A stretch of DNA of 9,886 bases from a virus (Duplodnaviria > Heunggongvirae > Uroviricota > Caudoviricetes), in the IMG/VR virus record IMGVR_UViG_2778261064_000002; one strand, written 5' to 3'. How positions within the stretch are numbered: the first letter of the stretch is position 1; each line of letters begins with the position of its first letter. Positions 1 to 7,075 of the stretch are shown here, one piece after another. The notes beneath the pieces were generated by a model. It made no database searches and was not told the origin of the DNA. It saw only the letters and a list, made by a program, of their open reading frames with translations. Both the position numbers and the translations under genes were made by a program.

Positions 1-34
1 GTCTCAACAACTGCATTGTGTGATCCTCTCACGT

Positions 35-68
35 TTATCGAATTCGATAATCAAATTCGATTATCGAA
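35..68. promoter_or_regulatory. Operator-like palindromes upstream of the HTH regulator gene: a perfect 16-bp palindrome TTATCGAATTCGATAA (35-50) and an odd-centred 13-bp palindrome TTCGATTATCGAA (56-68) sharing the half-site TTATCGAA
   Basis: Read directly from the sequence. Two adjacent dyad-symmetric sites with a shared half-site lie in an AT-rich leader about 115-150 bp upstream of the ATG at 184. Dyad sites like these are typical of dimeric HTH repressor operators. Which protein binds them is unknown. Confidence 0.4.
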
Positions 69-183
69 TGTGATAAAAGATATGCGATCAAAAGTACGCG
101 GTCAATAACTTTTTGCGTATTTTTAGTCGCGCAAGCACAAAAGTACGCACATGCTTGTAACCTGTTAATTTATATGGTGAATT

Positions 184-855
184 ATGGAAAAGAACGGAAA
201 TGCGCCAATTAACGATAAACGTACTTTTTCTTATGATGGAATAGTACGCTTTAACGAACGTCTGAGAATCGCCATGGGAGATATGAGTAATCACGCTCTT
301 GCACGGCAAAGCGGCTTATCCGAGGCATCTATAAGAAAGTATGTAAAAGGTGATAGCTATCCAACTATTGATAATGCAGCAAAAGTTGCTGATGCGTGTG
401 GAGTATCTCTTGCATGGCTGTTAACTGGTGAGGATTGCGGTACTGATGATAATCACAAACGACCAGGTGCGAACAAAAAGACGCAAAAGAAAGCGTTAAC
501 TGATGCGTACAATGATGCGCAGAACGGATTACAACTTATATTGGCTAATCTTCTACCTGAAGATGCTGAAATGTTATTCTCGACGCTATGCAAAGTAGGT
601 ATTAACGGTGTGTTGGCACGATTACACGCAACAGGCGACCATGTTTTAAGTGCTGACCCAGAAACGGTCATCCGAAGCCTGAACATCAGAGAATCGCTCA
701 AAGATGCCATTAGTGTGGCATTGGCTGGCAACGAAGAAACTGACAAAGAGATTTTGCAACGCGCCAAATCCTGTATCCGAGCAGGAACACCAGGTGATCG
801 CGTTCCCGTCACACCGGAGCAAAAAACTAAGCCTATAAACAAGAAATCAGCATAA
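184..855 (+). CDS. XRE-family helix-turn-helix transcriptional regulator (cI-like N-terminal DNA-binding domain, uncharacterised C-terminal domain), 223 aa
   Basis: ORF from the track with ATG at 184 and GGTGA 4 nt upstream. Residues about 20-80 (NHALARQSGLSEASIRKYVKG...AKVADACGVSLAWLLTGE) match the XRE/cI-type HTH followed by the characteristic VS..WLLTG motif. The C-terminal roughly 140 aa looks helical and lacks the S24 peptidase Ser/Lys hallmarks of LexA/cI autocleaving repressors. Confidence 0.8.
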   Translation: MEKNGNAPINDKRTFSYDGIVRFNERLRIAMGDMSNHALARQSGLSEASIRKYVKGDSYPTIDNAAKVADACGVSLAWLLTGEDCGTDDNHKRPGANKKTQKKALTDAYNDAQNGLQLILANLLPEDAEMLFSTLCKVGINGVLARLHATGDHVLSADPETVIRSLNIRESLKDAISVALAGNEETDKEILQRAKSCIRAGTPGDRVPVTPEQKTKPINKKSA

Positions 856-1157
856 GCGCCTCGTTTTGGCGGGGCGTGTGCTGTTAGCTAATCAGCAATA
901 ACCACAACAAAACCGAACACAACAGATGAGAACAACTTGAGGAAAACGGGCAAGGATAAAACACTTTTTAAAAGCATTTAAAACCCGTTAAGTTTGTAGC
1001 AGAACCAGATCAAAAGCGCCCAGAATAAAGCGTAAAAAAAGGCACTTTTGGTCATTTCTCACAAATCCGCCCAGAATCACACTGAATCACCACACCCCGC
1101 GCCACGCAAGGCTTGCAGGTTCTACCAGGCTGCACGAACTCCACCCAGAATTGATCG

Positions 1158-1700
1158 CTACCCCACAGTTGCTCCCACTTTTACACTGGCAGATGCCGGT
1201 GCCACCGTCAGCCCGGTAACGCTCACTGTTTCAGTGCCTTCCTCTGCCAGATACGGACGCCCCACACCGCTGATTTTCACAGTGCGGGTCATCACGTCTT
1301 TTGAGGCAATGGTTTTACCCAGTGAACTCAGCCAGCCACGGAAAACATCAACAGTACCGTTGGGATATTTGATACGAAACGCGCAGACTTCACCGGAGTC
1401 GAACAACTGAACCAGTTTTTTCTGCCCGCTGTCACCCGGACGCCAGGCCAGCGTCGCCGAAGTATCACCGACTGATTTCTGCCCCTGGGTTGTCGTTTTC
1501 CAGTCTGCATCTTCATCATCGAGATAAGTATCATCTTCTGCATCAGCGGTCATTTCGCCAGGTTGCAGATCCTTCACCATCGCAAGACGCAGCCAGTCAG
1601 TGTCTGACAAAGGGTTCGCAAATGCGTCGCCGTTGCCGGTATACATCCAGAACGTCGTCCCCGCACCTTTCGTCTTTGCCAGTGGATTTGGTGTGGTCAT
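1158..1700 (-). CDS. V: Major tail tube protein, lambda gpV homologue, C-terminally short (180 aa; lacks most of the Ig-like C-terminal domain)
   Basis: Translation from the ATG at 1698-1700 ([36 protein letters not shown]...YLDDEDADW...[12 protein letters not shown]...[12 protein letters not shown]...) aligns closely with lambda gpV as I recall it ([36 protein letters not shown]...). Strong RBS AAGGAGGTG upstream. The upstream in-frame extension of the track ORF to 1775 is rejected. The ORF stops at TAG 1158-1160 where lambda V continues. Confidence 0.9.
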   Translation of the reverse strand: MTTPNPLAKTKGAGTTFWMYTGNGDAFANPLSDTDWLRLAMVKDLQPGEMTADAEDDTYLDDEDADWKTTTQGQKSVGDTSATLAWRPGDSGQKKLVQLFDSGEVCAFRIKYPNGTVDVFRGWLSSLGKTIASKDVMTRTVKISGVGRPYLAEEGTETVSVTGLTVAPASASVKVGATVG

Positions 1701-1710
1701 TGCCACCTCC

Positions 1711-2112
1711 TTAATTCGTGTACGTGATCTGGTACGTGATTTCCGCCATCGCCCAGGTGGCCATCTCATTATCACGTTGATAGTTAAAACCGAGTGGGAT
1801 CAGGGTGTCGATGAGTCCGGAAAGTGCCGGTACATCATTCAGGGCCGGGAAAATGGTGCTCTCCATCCACATATCCAGCTCTGAATCCGGTGCCTGTGCC
1901 CGGATGAAGACAGCAATATGCAGAACAGCCTGCCAGTCATCTTCATCCGTCATTTTTCCGGTGTACTGAGCATCACTCAGCCACACCGCCACGGCAGGCA
2001 GTTCCTGCGCATCAACAAATGCCGGAAGCCCGTCAAAAAACGTGGCGCTGTCTCCACACTGTTCCCGAAGGCGTGCCAGTACGACCTGGCGGATTTGTGT
2101 ATGTCGGTTCAT
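1711..2112 (-). CDS. U: Tail terminator protein, lambda gpU homologue (133 aa from ATG at 2110-2112; alternative ATG at 2122-2124)
   Basis: Translation ([15 protein letters not shown]...ATFFDG.PA..D...PAVAV.L....YTG...D..WQA.LHI.VF..AQ.PDSELD.WMES...P......PALS.LI......Y.RD......A..TY.ITY) closely matches lambda gpU as recalled. The ATG at 2110-2112 forms an ATGA overlap with the Z stop codon. Confidence 0.93.
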   Translation of the reverse strand: MNRHTQIRQVVLARLREQCGDSATFFDGLPAFVDAQELPAVAVWLSDAQYTGKMTDEDDWQAVLHIAVFIRAQAPDSELDMWMESTIFPALNDVPALSGLIDTLIPLGFNYQRDNEMATWAMAEITYQITYTN

Positions 2113-2687
2113 CGGGTCAGCCATAACCTCAGTTGTTGTTTCAGTGCATACCCCAGCTGTTTCGGCATTTCCGCAGCAATGATGCGGTCGCGGGCATCTT
2201 CAAATGCCTGTGTCAGCGGTCCGGACAGCGGGATTTTCACCACATCAATGGGGTAACGATTTTTGCCATCAATACGCCGCATCACATGCCAGCGACCATT
2301 CGCCAGTTGCTGAATAAACGCATCCCGGAAAAGATATTTACCCACCTTCAGCACACTGCCACGGTACTGCAGTTTTCCACCACGCCGGGCCAGTCTGACC
2401 CGGGCTGTCCCCAGCTTAATGGCGGGCAGATTGCCCCGGTTAACGCGGATCCTGGCCGTCATTTTTCCTGACGGACTGGCTTTAAACACCCGGACACGCT
2501 GACGTACCAGTTTCAGGGGGATCCCTTTCACCTGGTTATCTCCCGCAACGGTATTCCCGGCAACCTGCCGGGTGGCAACCGAGACCGCTTTCTGTGCCAC
2601 ACGGTTTATCGCCCATGCGCTGGCCTGTGGTACCATACGGGTATCAAGGCTGTTCAGATTGCGGATGGCATTCTCAAGCCCCTTCAT
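2109..2687 (-). CDS. Z: Minor tail protein / tail completion protein, lambda gpZ homologue (192 aa)
   Basis: Translation MKGLENAIRNL...AINRVA...RIRVNRGNLPAIKLGTARV...FIQQLANGRWHVMRRIDGKNRYPIDVVKIP...LGYALKQQLRL closely matches lambda gpZ as recalled, and has the same length. RBS AGAGGTG upstream of the ATG at 2685-2687. Confidence 0.93.
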   Translation of the reverse strand: MKGLENAIRNLNSLDTRMVPQASAWAINRVAQKAVSVATRQVAGNTVAGDNQVKGIPLKLVRQRVRVFKASPSGKMTARIRVNRGNLPAIKLGTARVRLARRGGKLQYRGSVLKVGKYLFRDAFIQQLANGRWHVMRRIDGKNRYPIDVVKIPLSGPLTQAFEDARDRIIAAEMPKQLGYALKQQLRLWLTR

Positions 2688-2698
2688 CCCACACCTCT

Positions 2699-2974
2699 TT
2701 ACTCAATAAAGATCATTGGCTTACCGTTAAAGCGTTCATGCCGTGTGACCGTCCATTGTTGTTCGTCATAAACAACGCGATCCCCGCGCCGTGGGCGATA
2801 TCCCGAAGAAAACACCACCAGAGAGACCGCAGGTCCGGACAGAGCATTCAGCTCTGCCAGTGTTTCTCCCAGGATCACAGTCATATCGACATCATTAATC
2901 GAGGCTGTCTTTCCCATCTTTCTGACCGTGATAGCATCCATACGCGCTGCCAGCCGGGAAAAGGGATCAGACAT
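2699..2974 (-). CDS. Head-tail joining protein, gpFII-like (91 aa)
   Basis: Small ORF directly between the head and tail genes. The N-terminal pattern MSDPFSRLAARMDAITVRKMGKTASI resembles lambda FII (MADFDNLFDAAIARADETIRGYMGTSATI) and it has an RGD-containing C-terminal region. Its start overlaps the stop of the upstream DUF2190-like gene by 8 nt. Confidence 0.7.
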   Translation of the reverse strand: MSDPFSRLAARMDAITVRKMGKTASINDVDMTVILGETLAELNALSGPAVSLVVFSSGYRPRRGDRVVYDEQQWTVTRHERFNGKPMIFIE

Positions 2975-3290
2975 TGAGTTTTACCGGCACTTCTTCTGCA
3001 CTGGTTCCAGCATCTGCCCAGACAACCCCGACCAGCGGATCAGAGCCGCTGTTAGTCAGCTGAACTTTTCCGGACTTCAGATAAACCTTCTTACCCGTTT
3101 TCATGTCATCCGTTTTCAGCTTAGGCAGCATAAACACACCTTCGGTCAGGCCGTCGCCTGTTTCACCCTGTGGAATATCGGTCAGCGTCACCGCAAAAAC
3201 ATCGCCCACCTGCACCAGATCTCCGCTGCTGATGGCTGCACTGGCAACAATCGCCACCGTTTTTCCTTCTTCTACAAAATTCTTTGCCAT
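2967..3290 (-). CDS. DUF2190-like small phage head protein (putative capsid decoration/cement protein), 107 aa from ATG at 3288-3290
   Basis: Begins MAKNFVEEGKTV...SGDLV.VG..F.V...DI..G..G....EGVF.LPK, the pattern I recall for DUF2190-family proteins encoded just after major capsid genes. GGAG RBS upstream. The track ORF start at 3335 is an upstream in-frame extension and is rejected. Confidence 0.7.
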   Translation of the reverse strand: MAKNFVEEGKTVAIVASAAISSGDLVQVGDVFAVTLTDIPQGETGDGLTEGVFMLPKLKTDDMKTGKKVYLKSGKVQLTNSGSDPLVGVVWADAGTSAEEVPVKLNV

Positions 3291-3333
3291 AACTGTCTCC
3301 GCACAGCCCCGTTCAGGGGCTGATTTCAGGTAC

Positions 3334-3353
3334 AAAAAAAGCCCTTACGGGCC
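3334..3353 (-). terminator. Candidate intrinsic terminator or mRNA 3' stabilising hairpin just downstream of the capsid gene (minus-strand GGCCCGTAAGGGC stem-loop followed by T7)
   Basis: Plus strand 3334-3353 is AAAAAAA followed by GCCCTTACGGGCC, so the minus-strand RNA forms a short GC stem (4-5 bp, 4-nt loop) followed by seven U. It lies 24 nt after the capsid stop. A second 7-bp hairpin (3304-3322, CAGCCCC-gttca-GGGGCTG) sits between it and the next RBS. The stem is short, so it is probably only a partial terminator. Confidence 0.45.
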
Positions 3354-3376
3354 ATCAGAGTTGTTGTCTGCGACGT

Positions 3377-5335
3377 TTACGCCGTACATTTCACCAGACC
3401 GCGGTGATCAACTGGCGCGACACCGGCGTCAATACGCACTTTCGTTGTCACGCCATCCACACTGAAGCCCTCCATCTGATCAATATATGGCGTATCCACA
3501 CCGTTGAGATAAGCCACTTCAATCGTATCGGAGCCTTTGGACGCAGCCAGGTAGAAAGTGGTCTGGCTGTTATCATCAAGACGAGGCTCTGCAATAACGG
3601 TCGCAAAATCTTTCACCGGGTTAATAATACCGGCGTTAATGTCAGCCCCCTTGACACTTGAGGAGCGAATGACCTGGTTAGCAACAGACTCCATCGCCGT
3701 CGGTACCAGTACGAACGCAGGACGAATATTCAGATGACGCTCCCCCTCTTTCTGAACACGCATCAACTGGCGGGCTTTATCCAGCGATGCCACGTCCATT
3801 GCAGCGCTCTCCAGTACGTTTGCATGTTTCGCTTTATCGAACAGACTTACATTATCTGTGGATATTTTCGGGTTAGACGTCAGAATGGCATAAACCAGAT
3901 CGGCAATAGTGGATTTCGCCGCACGACCCAGTTTCATCGGGACATCGGTCAGCATATTCAGATCATCATTGATAATGGCCTGACGGGTGATACTGAACAG
4001 CTCGCCATAGGTCGCCAGTGCAATAGTGGCCTGTTTATCTCCGGTGGTGACGTATTTATATTCCGCCCCTTCACGCACCTGACGCAGAGCACTGAAGCCC
4101 CCCATACCCACACGATGGGCAATTTTAAAATCAGACAACTGACCTTTCCGCGTCCACTGTTCATAGGTTTCAGGGGCATCTTCCCAGCCCTGCAGAATGG
4201 CTTTGTTCGCAACATCCAGCAGAATATTACCGAAGTCAGACGTACTGTGTGTGAACGCCGCACCGACCATCTGCATCGGGTTATAACTGGAAACCCCAAT
4301 CCCCCGTTCAGTCAGTGACATACGAGCATATTCACGCAGGGTCATCCCGTTGTAGACATTATCACGTTCGGTTTTTTCAAATCCGGCACGCGCCATCAGC
4401 GCCTGGCGGATCCCGTCCCCCACAAAATTACCGTTACCGGCATAAATATGAGCCGGGGTATTTTTATTGGATGGCGTGGACTCGCGCCCCATCTCGTTCA
4501 ACAGCTTTTCGCGGGCCTGCTCCAGCGAACATTCAGGATCGGCAAGACACTGAGCCTGCAGCGTCTGATAACGCCCGCCAAACATGGCAAACAAATCATT
4601 AATACCGTTTACACGCGCTTTTTGCTCTGCCAGTACCTGCGCACGGATACTGTTTTCATCCACCACGGGTGCTGCTGCCTGCACTGGCGTCCGGGAGGCT
4701 ACAGGTTCATTATCCTGTACGCGTGGAGCACTGTTGCGTGGCGGAGTAATCATGTTTCGAATGGATTCCGGCATCTTTTTAAATTCCTCTGTACGTTTTG
4801 ACTGAATACATGCCATTGCCTTAACGGCTGGCGTTACCTGATCAGCAAATCCATGTGCCAGACATTCGGCACCGGACATCCAGGTCTCATCCGCCAGCAT
4901 GGCAGCAATTTCATCGGTGGTTTTCCCGGTTTTCTGTGCATAAGCGGGTAACAGAACCGCCTCAACCTTATCGAGCAGGTCGGCATAGGTGCGCATGTCT
5001 TCCGCATCACCGCCCGTAAAGCCAAATGGTTTATGAATCATCATGAAGGTGTTTTCCGGCATAATGACCGGGTTTCCCACCATCGCAATGACCGACGCCA
5101 TTGACGCCGCCACACCGTCGACATAAACGGTAATGGACGCACCATGTGTTTTCAGCGCATTAAAAATGGCGATGCCTTCAAAGACATCGCCACCCGGTGA
5201 ATTAATATGGAGATTAATGTGGGTGATATCGCCCAGTGCATTCAGATCACTGATAAACTGCTTCGCTGTAACACCCCAGAAACCAATCTCGTCATAAATA
5301 TAAATATCCGCGTCACTCTGGTGACCAGCCTGCAT
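3377..5335 (-). CDS. Prohead protease (ClpP/S14-like), scaffold-like linker and HK97-fold major capsid protein fused in one ORF (652 aa from ATG at 5333-5335)
   Basis: The N-terminal roughly 200 aa carry ClpP-family hallmarks (INSPGGDVFEG, GVAASMASVIA with the catalytic Ser, MIHKP with the catalytic His; compare E. coli ClpP INSPGG / GQAASMG / MIHQP). The middle roughly 130 aa are Ala/Gln/Glu/Arg-rich and scaffold-like. The C-terminal roughly 320 aa look like a major capsid protein. The track ORF (739 aa) has an 87-codon upstream extension overlapping the portal gene; I take the ATG 13 nt after the portal stop. Confidence 0.88.
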   Translation of the reverse strand: MQAGHQSDADIYIYDEIGFWGVTAKQFISDLNALGDITHINLHINSPGGDVFEGIAIFNALKTHGASITVYVDGVAASMASVIAMVGNPVIMPENTFMMIHKPFGFTGGDAEDMRTYADLLDKVEAVLLPAYAQKTGKTTDEIAAMLADETWMSGAECLAHGFADQVTPAVKAMACIQSKRTEEFKKMPESIRNMITPPRNSAPRVQDNEPVASRTPVQAAAPVVDENSIRAQVLAEQKARVNGINDLFAMFGGRYQTLQAQCLADPECSLEQAREKLLNEMGRESTPSNKNTPAHIYAGNGNFVGDGIRQALMARAGFEKTERDNVYNGMTLREYARMSLTERGIGVSSYNPMQMVGAAFTHSTSDFGNILLDVANKAILQGWEDAPETYEQWTRKGQLSDFKIAHRVGMGGFSALRQVREGAEYKYVTTGDKQATIALATYGELFSITRQAIINDDLNMLTDVPMKLGRAAKSTIADLVYAILTSNPKISTDNVSLFDKAKHANVLESAAMDVASLDKARQLMRVQKEGERHLNIRPAFVLVPTAMESVANQVIRSSSVKGADINAGIINPVKDFATVIAEPRLDDNSQTTFYLAASKGSDTIEVAYLNGVDTPYIDQMEGFSVDGVTTKVRIDAGVAPVDHRGLVKCTA

Positions 5336-5348
5336 CCTGAACCAGGAA

Positions 5349-6857
5349 TTATTCTTCGGACTGGTCGTCGGTGTGCTGCGGCTCCTGTCGTTTCGTTGCG
5401 GCACTGCTGCCTCCTTTATCACTGGCCGGATCAGTATCAAATACCAGATCCAGCTTGCGGTTTTCATCAATTTCGGCCTTGCGCCGACGTTTGACATCAT
5501 CCGGATTACGACCACCAGCACGTACCCAGTCTGATTCTGTCGCCGCTCCACCACGAATCTGGATTTTCCAGGCCTCAGCCTCCTTAACAGGGTCAATCCA
5601 CGGCATCACTGGTCCGGAATACACCGCGGTATACAGTGAAGAACGGTCAAGATCGCGGGGTAGCCTGATAACACCGGATGCCACAGCCTGTTTCAGCCAG
5701 GCACGATACATCGGGCGGGTGACGGCACCAATAAACCAGTCCTGCAGGATCAGGTAGCCATCAGTAGACTCAACCAGTTCCTGACGCTGGGCGCTGTAAG
5801 TGCCGTTATAGTTGCGTGCCGTACTGGAAAAACTCAGACGACTGCCCGCCGCCACGGCACGCAACTGACCATTACGAAAAGTTTCAAGGTTAGGATTGGG
5901 ACGATCCGACTTCACCATTCCGATTTCTTCGCCGGGTTTCAGATCGTCGTAAATAATGCCTGGCTGAATGGTAAGCTCGCGTTCATTCTCCTTGCTGCCA
6001 TTACCATCCGGTTCATAGCTCTGCCCGTCGCCTTTGCGGATGTACATCCCCAGAGCAGCGGCGATCCTTGCTGCAGTCAGCTCAGAATCTTCATACTCTT
6101 TCAGGGCACTGAGGCGGATCAGCACACCGGACAACAAAGACGTCCCGCGCATCTGGTGCAGACGGCGAACAAATTTAAGATGCAGCATTCGCTCTGCATC
6201 CACTTCTTTGGTTTCCATCTGCCGCCCGGATACGGGACGGCTTTTATACACCAGATATTTTTCGGGACGCCCCCAGTCATCAACAAACACGCCCTGATTC
6301 AGCCTGTTGCTCTCATCACTGGTCATGGGAATAAAGTCCGGCTCGAGCGCCTCCAGCCAGAAATGAACACCGGCAGAAGGCGTCAGGCTGTTTATGCGCC
6401 CGGAAACCATCTGGGCAAACACCTCACCATCGCGCAGCCAGGTACGCAGCATCAGACGTTCCAGCATCGGACGGGTAAACTGCCCGGTGACTTCCGGACT
6501 GACAGACCATTCACTCCATCGGGTGCGTATCTCCGCTGCCAGATCACGGGCAATGGCCCCATTGCGTAATACCGGATGTGGCTCGACAATAATCCCGTTT
6601 TTCCCCACCACCCGTTCTTCCAGCTTGTCAAATACACCAATAACCAGATCGTGGTTGTTATCAAGGTAACGGGCCTGCTCACGTAACGACACGGCCCCGT
6701 ACTGGCTTAACTGGTCGGCAGTTCGGTTTTCCCGCCGGGCTTTGTGTGTCCGCGTCGTTTTTACGGCCTCATAAGCCTGGATCACCGCACGGGAACGCAG
6801 CCTTGCCGCTTTCCATCCTGGTGAAAAAACGCCAATCACATCATCAAGAATTGCCAT
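5349..6857 (-). CDS. Portal protein, lambda gpB family (502 aa from ATG at 6855-6857)
   Basis: Large ORF between the gpW-like and protease-capsid genes. The internal segment LRAVAAGSRLSFSSTARNYNGTYSAQRQ resembles lambda gpB LRYIAAGLGVSYEQLSRNYAQMSYSTARAS, and the C-terminus is acidic. The ATG start overlaps the W stop codon (TGATG). The track ORF begins at an upstream GTG (6929), which I reject. Confidence 0.88.
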   Translation of the reverse strand: MAILDDVIGVFSPGWKAARLRSRAVIQAYEAVKTTRTHKARRENRTADQLSQYGAVSLREQARYLDNNHDLVIGVFDKLEERVVGKNGIIVEPHPVLRNGAIARDLAAEIRTRWSEWSVSPEVTGQFTRPMLERLMLRTWLRDGEVFAQMVSGRINSLTPSAGVHFWLEALEPDFIPMTSDESNRLNQGVFVDDWGRPEKYLVYKSRPVSGRQMETKEVDAERMLHLKFVRRLHQMRGTSLLSGVLIRLSALKEYEDSELTAARIAAALGMYIRKGDGQSYEPDGNGSKENERELTIQPGIIYDDLKPGEEIGMVKSDRPNPNLETFRNGQLRAVAAGSRLSFSSTARNYNGTYSAQRQELVESTDGYLILQDWFIGAVTRPMYRAWLKQAVASGVIRLPRDLDRSSLYTAVYSGPVMPWIDPVKEAEAWKIQIRGGAATESDWVRAGGRNPDDVKRRRKAEIDENRKLDLVFDTDPASDKGGSSAATKRQEPQHTDDQSEE

Positions 6858-7075
6858 CAGAACCTCGCCAGCCGGTACCCGGGATGCCCCCGTCGTCGTG
6901 TAATCAGAGCCGCAAGGCGGCGCTCCCACTCCTGCCGTCCCTGCCGGATCTCAGATAAGTTTTCCATGGTCATCTGCTGACCATTAAAGGTGACGGATTT
7001 TCCGTCCAGCACCGCCATTTCAGCTTCCGTATAACGCTGAATCATGGCTTCGATATCATTCTGGTTCATAACCAT
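6857..7075 (-). CDS. W: Head-tail connector / head completion protein, gpW-like (72 aa; alternative ATG at 7067-7069)
   Basis: Small ORF between the large terminase and portal genes, as in lambda. The C-terminal RRRGHPGY matches lambda gpW RRRGPAGF, and the central region is similar. Its start overlaps the large terminase stop codon. Confidence 0.75.
   Translation of the reverse strand: MVMNQNDIEAMIQRYTEAEMAVLDGKSVTFNGQQMTMENLSEIRQGRQEWERRLAALITRRRGHPGYRLARF

Noticed and set aside
88-309. 73-aa minus-strand ORF overlapping the start of the HTH regulator gene and its leader
   Set aside because: It overlaps the palindrome-rich leader and the start of the regulator gene, and its translation is not protein-like. 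A genuine divergent gene cannot be excluded, but there is no support in the sequence.
453-842. 129-aa minus-strand ORF inside the HTH regulator gene
   Set aside because: It is antisense to a gene with a clear HTH domain, has no RBS and no recognisable features. It is probably spurious.
856-900. Possible terminator for the HTH gene (CGCC-tcgtttt-GGCG just after the stop codon)
   Set aside because: The stem is only 4 bp and is not followed by a T-run, so it is too weak to call an intrinsic terminator.
1048-1410. 120-aa plus-strand ORF with a TTG start spanning the junction region and the 3' end of V
   Set aside because: It has a non-ATG start, lies mostly antisense to the well-supported V gene, and is Pro/Thr/Ser-rich without recognisable features.
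5336-5596. N-terminal 87-codon extension of the 739-aa track ORF for the protease-capsid gene
   Set aside because: The extension overlaps the 3' end of the portal gene in another frame and its translation is Arg-rich and low-complexity. An ATG at 5333-5335, 13 nt after the portal stop, begins exactly where the ClpP-like sequence starts.
1918-6669. Numerous plus-strand ORFs in the track (e.g. 1918-2256, 2133-2471, 2594-2977, 2928-3323, 3103-3465, 3734-4318, 4448-4801, 5371-5757, 6156-6569)
   Set aside because: All lie antisense to and wholly inside the strongly supported minus-strand phage genes. Their translations are low-complexity or Arg/His/Cys-rich with no recognisable domains. They are read-through artefacts of moderately GC-rich coding DNA.
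6858-6929. Upstream GTG start giving the 526-aa portal ORF
   Set aside because: The ATG at 6855-6857 overlaps the W stop codon (TGATG), the usual coupled arrangement. The 24-codon extension would overlap the W gene and looks non-native.
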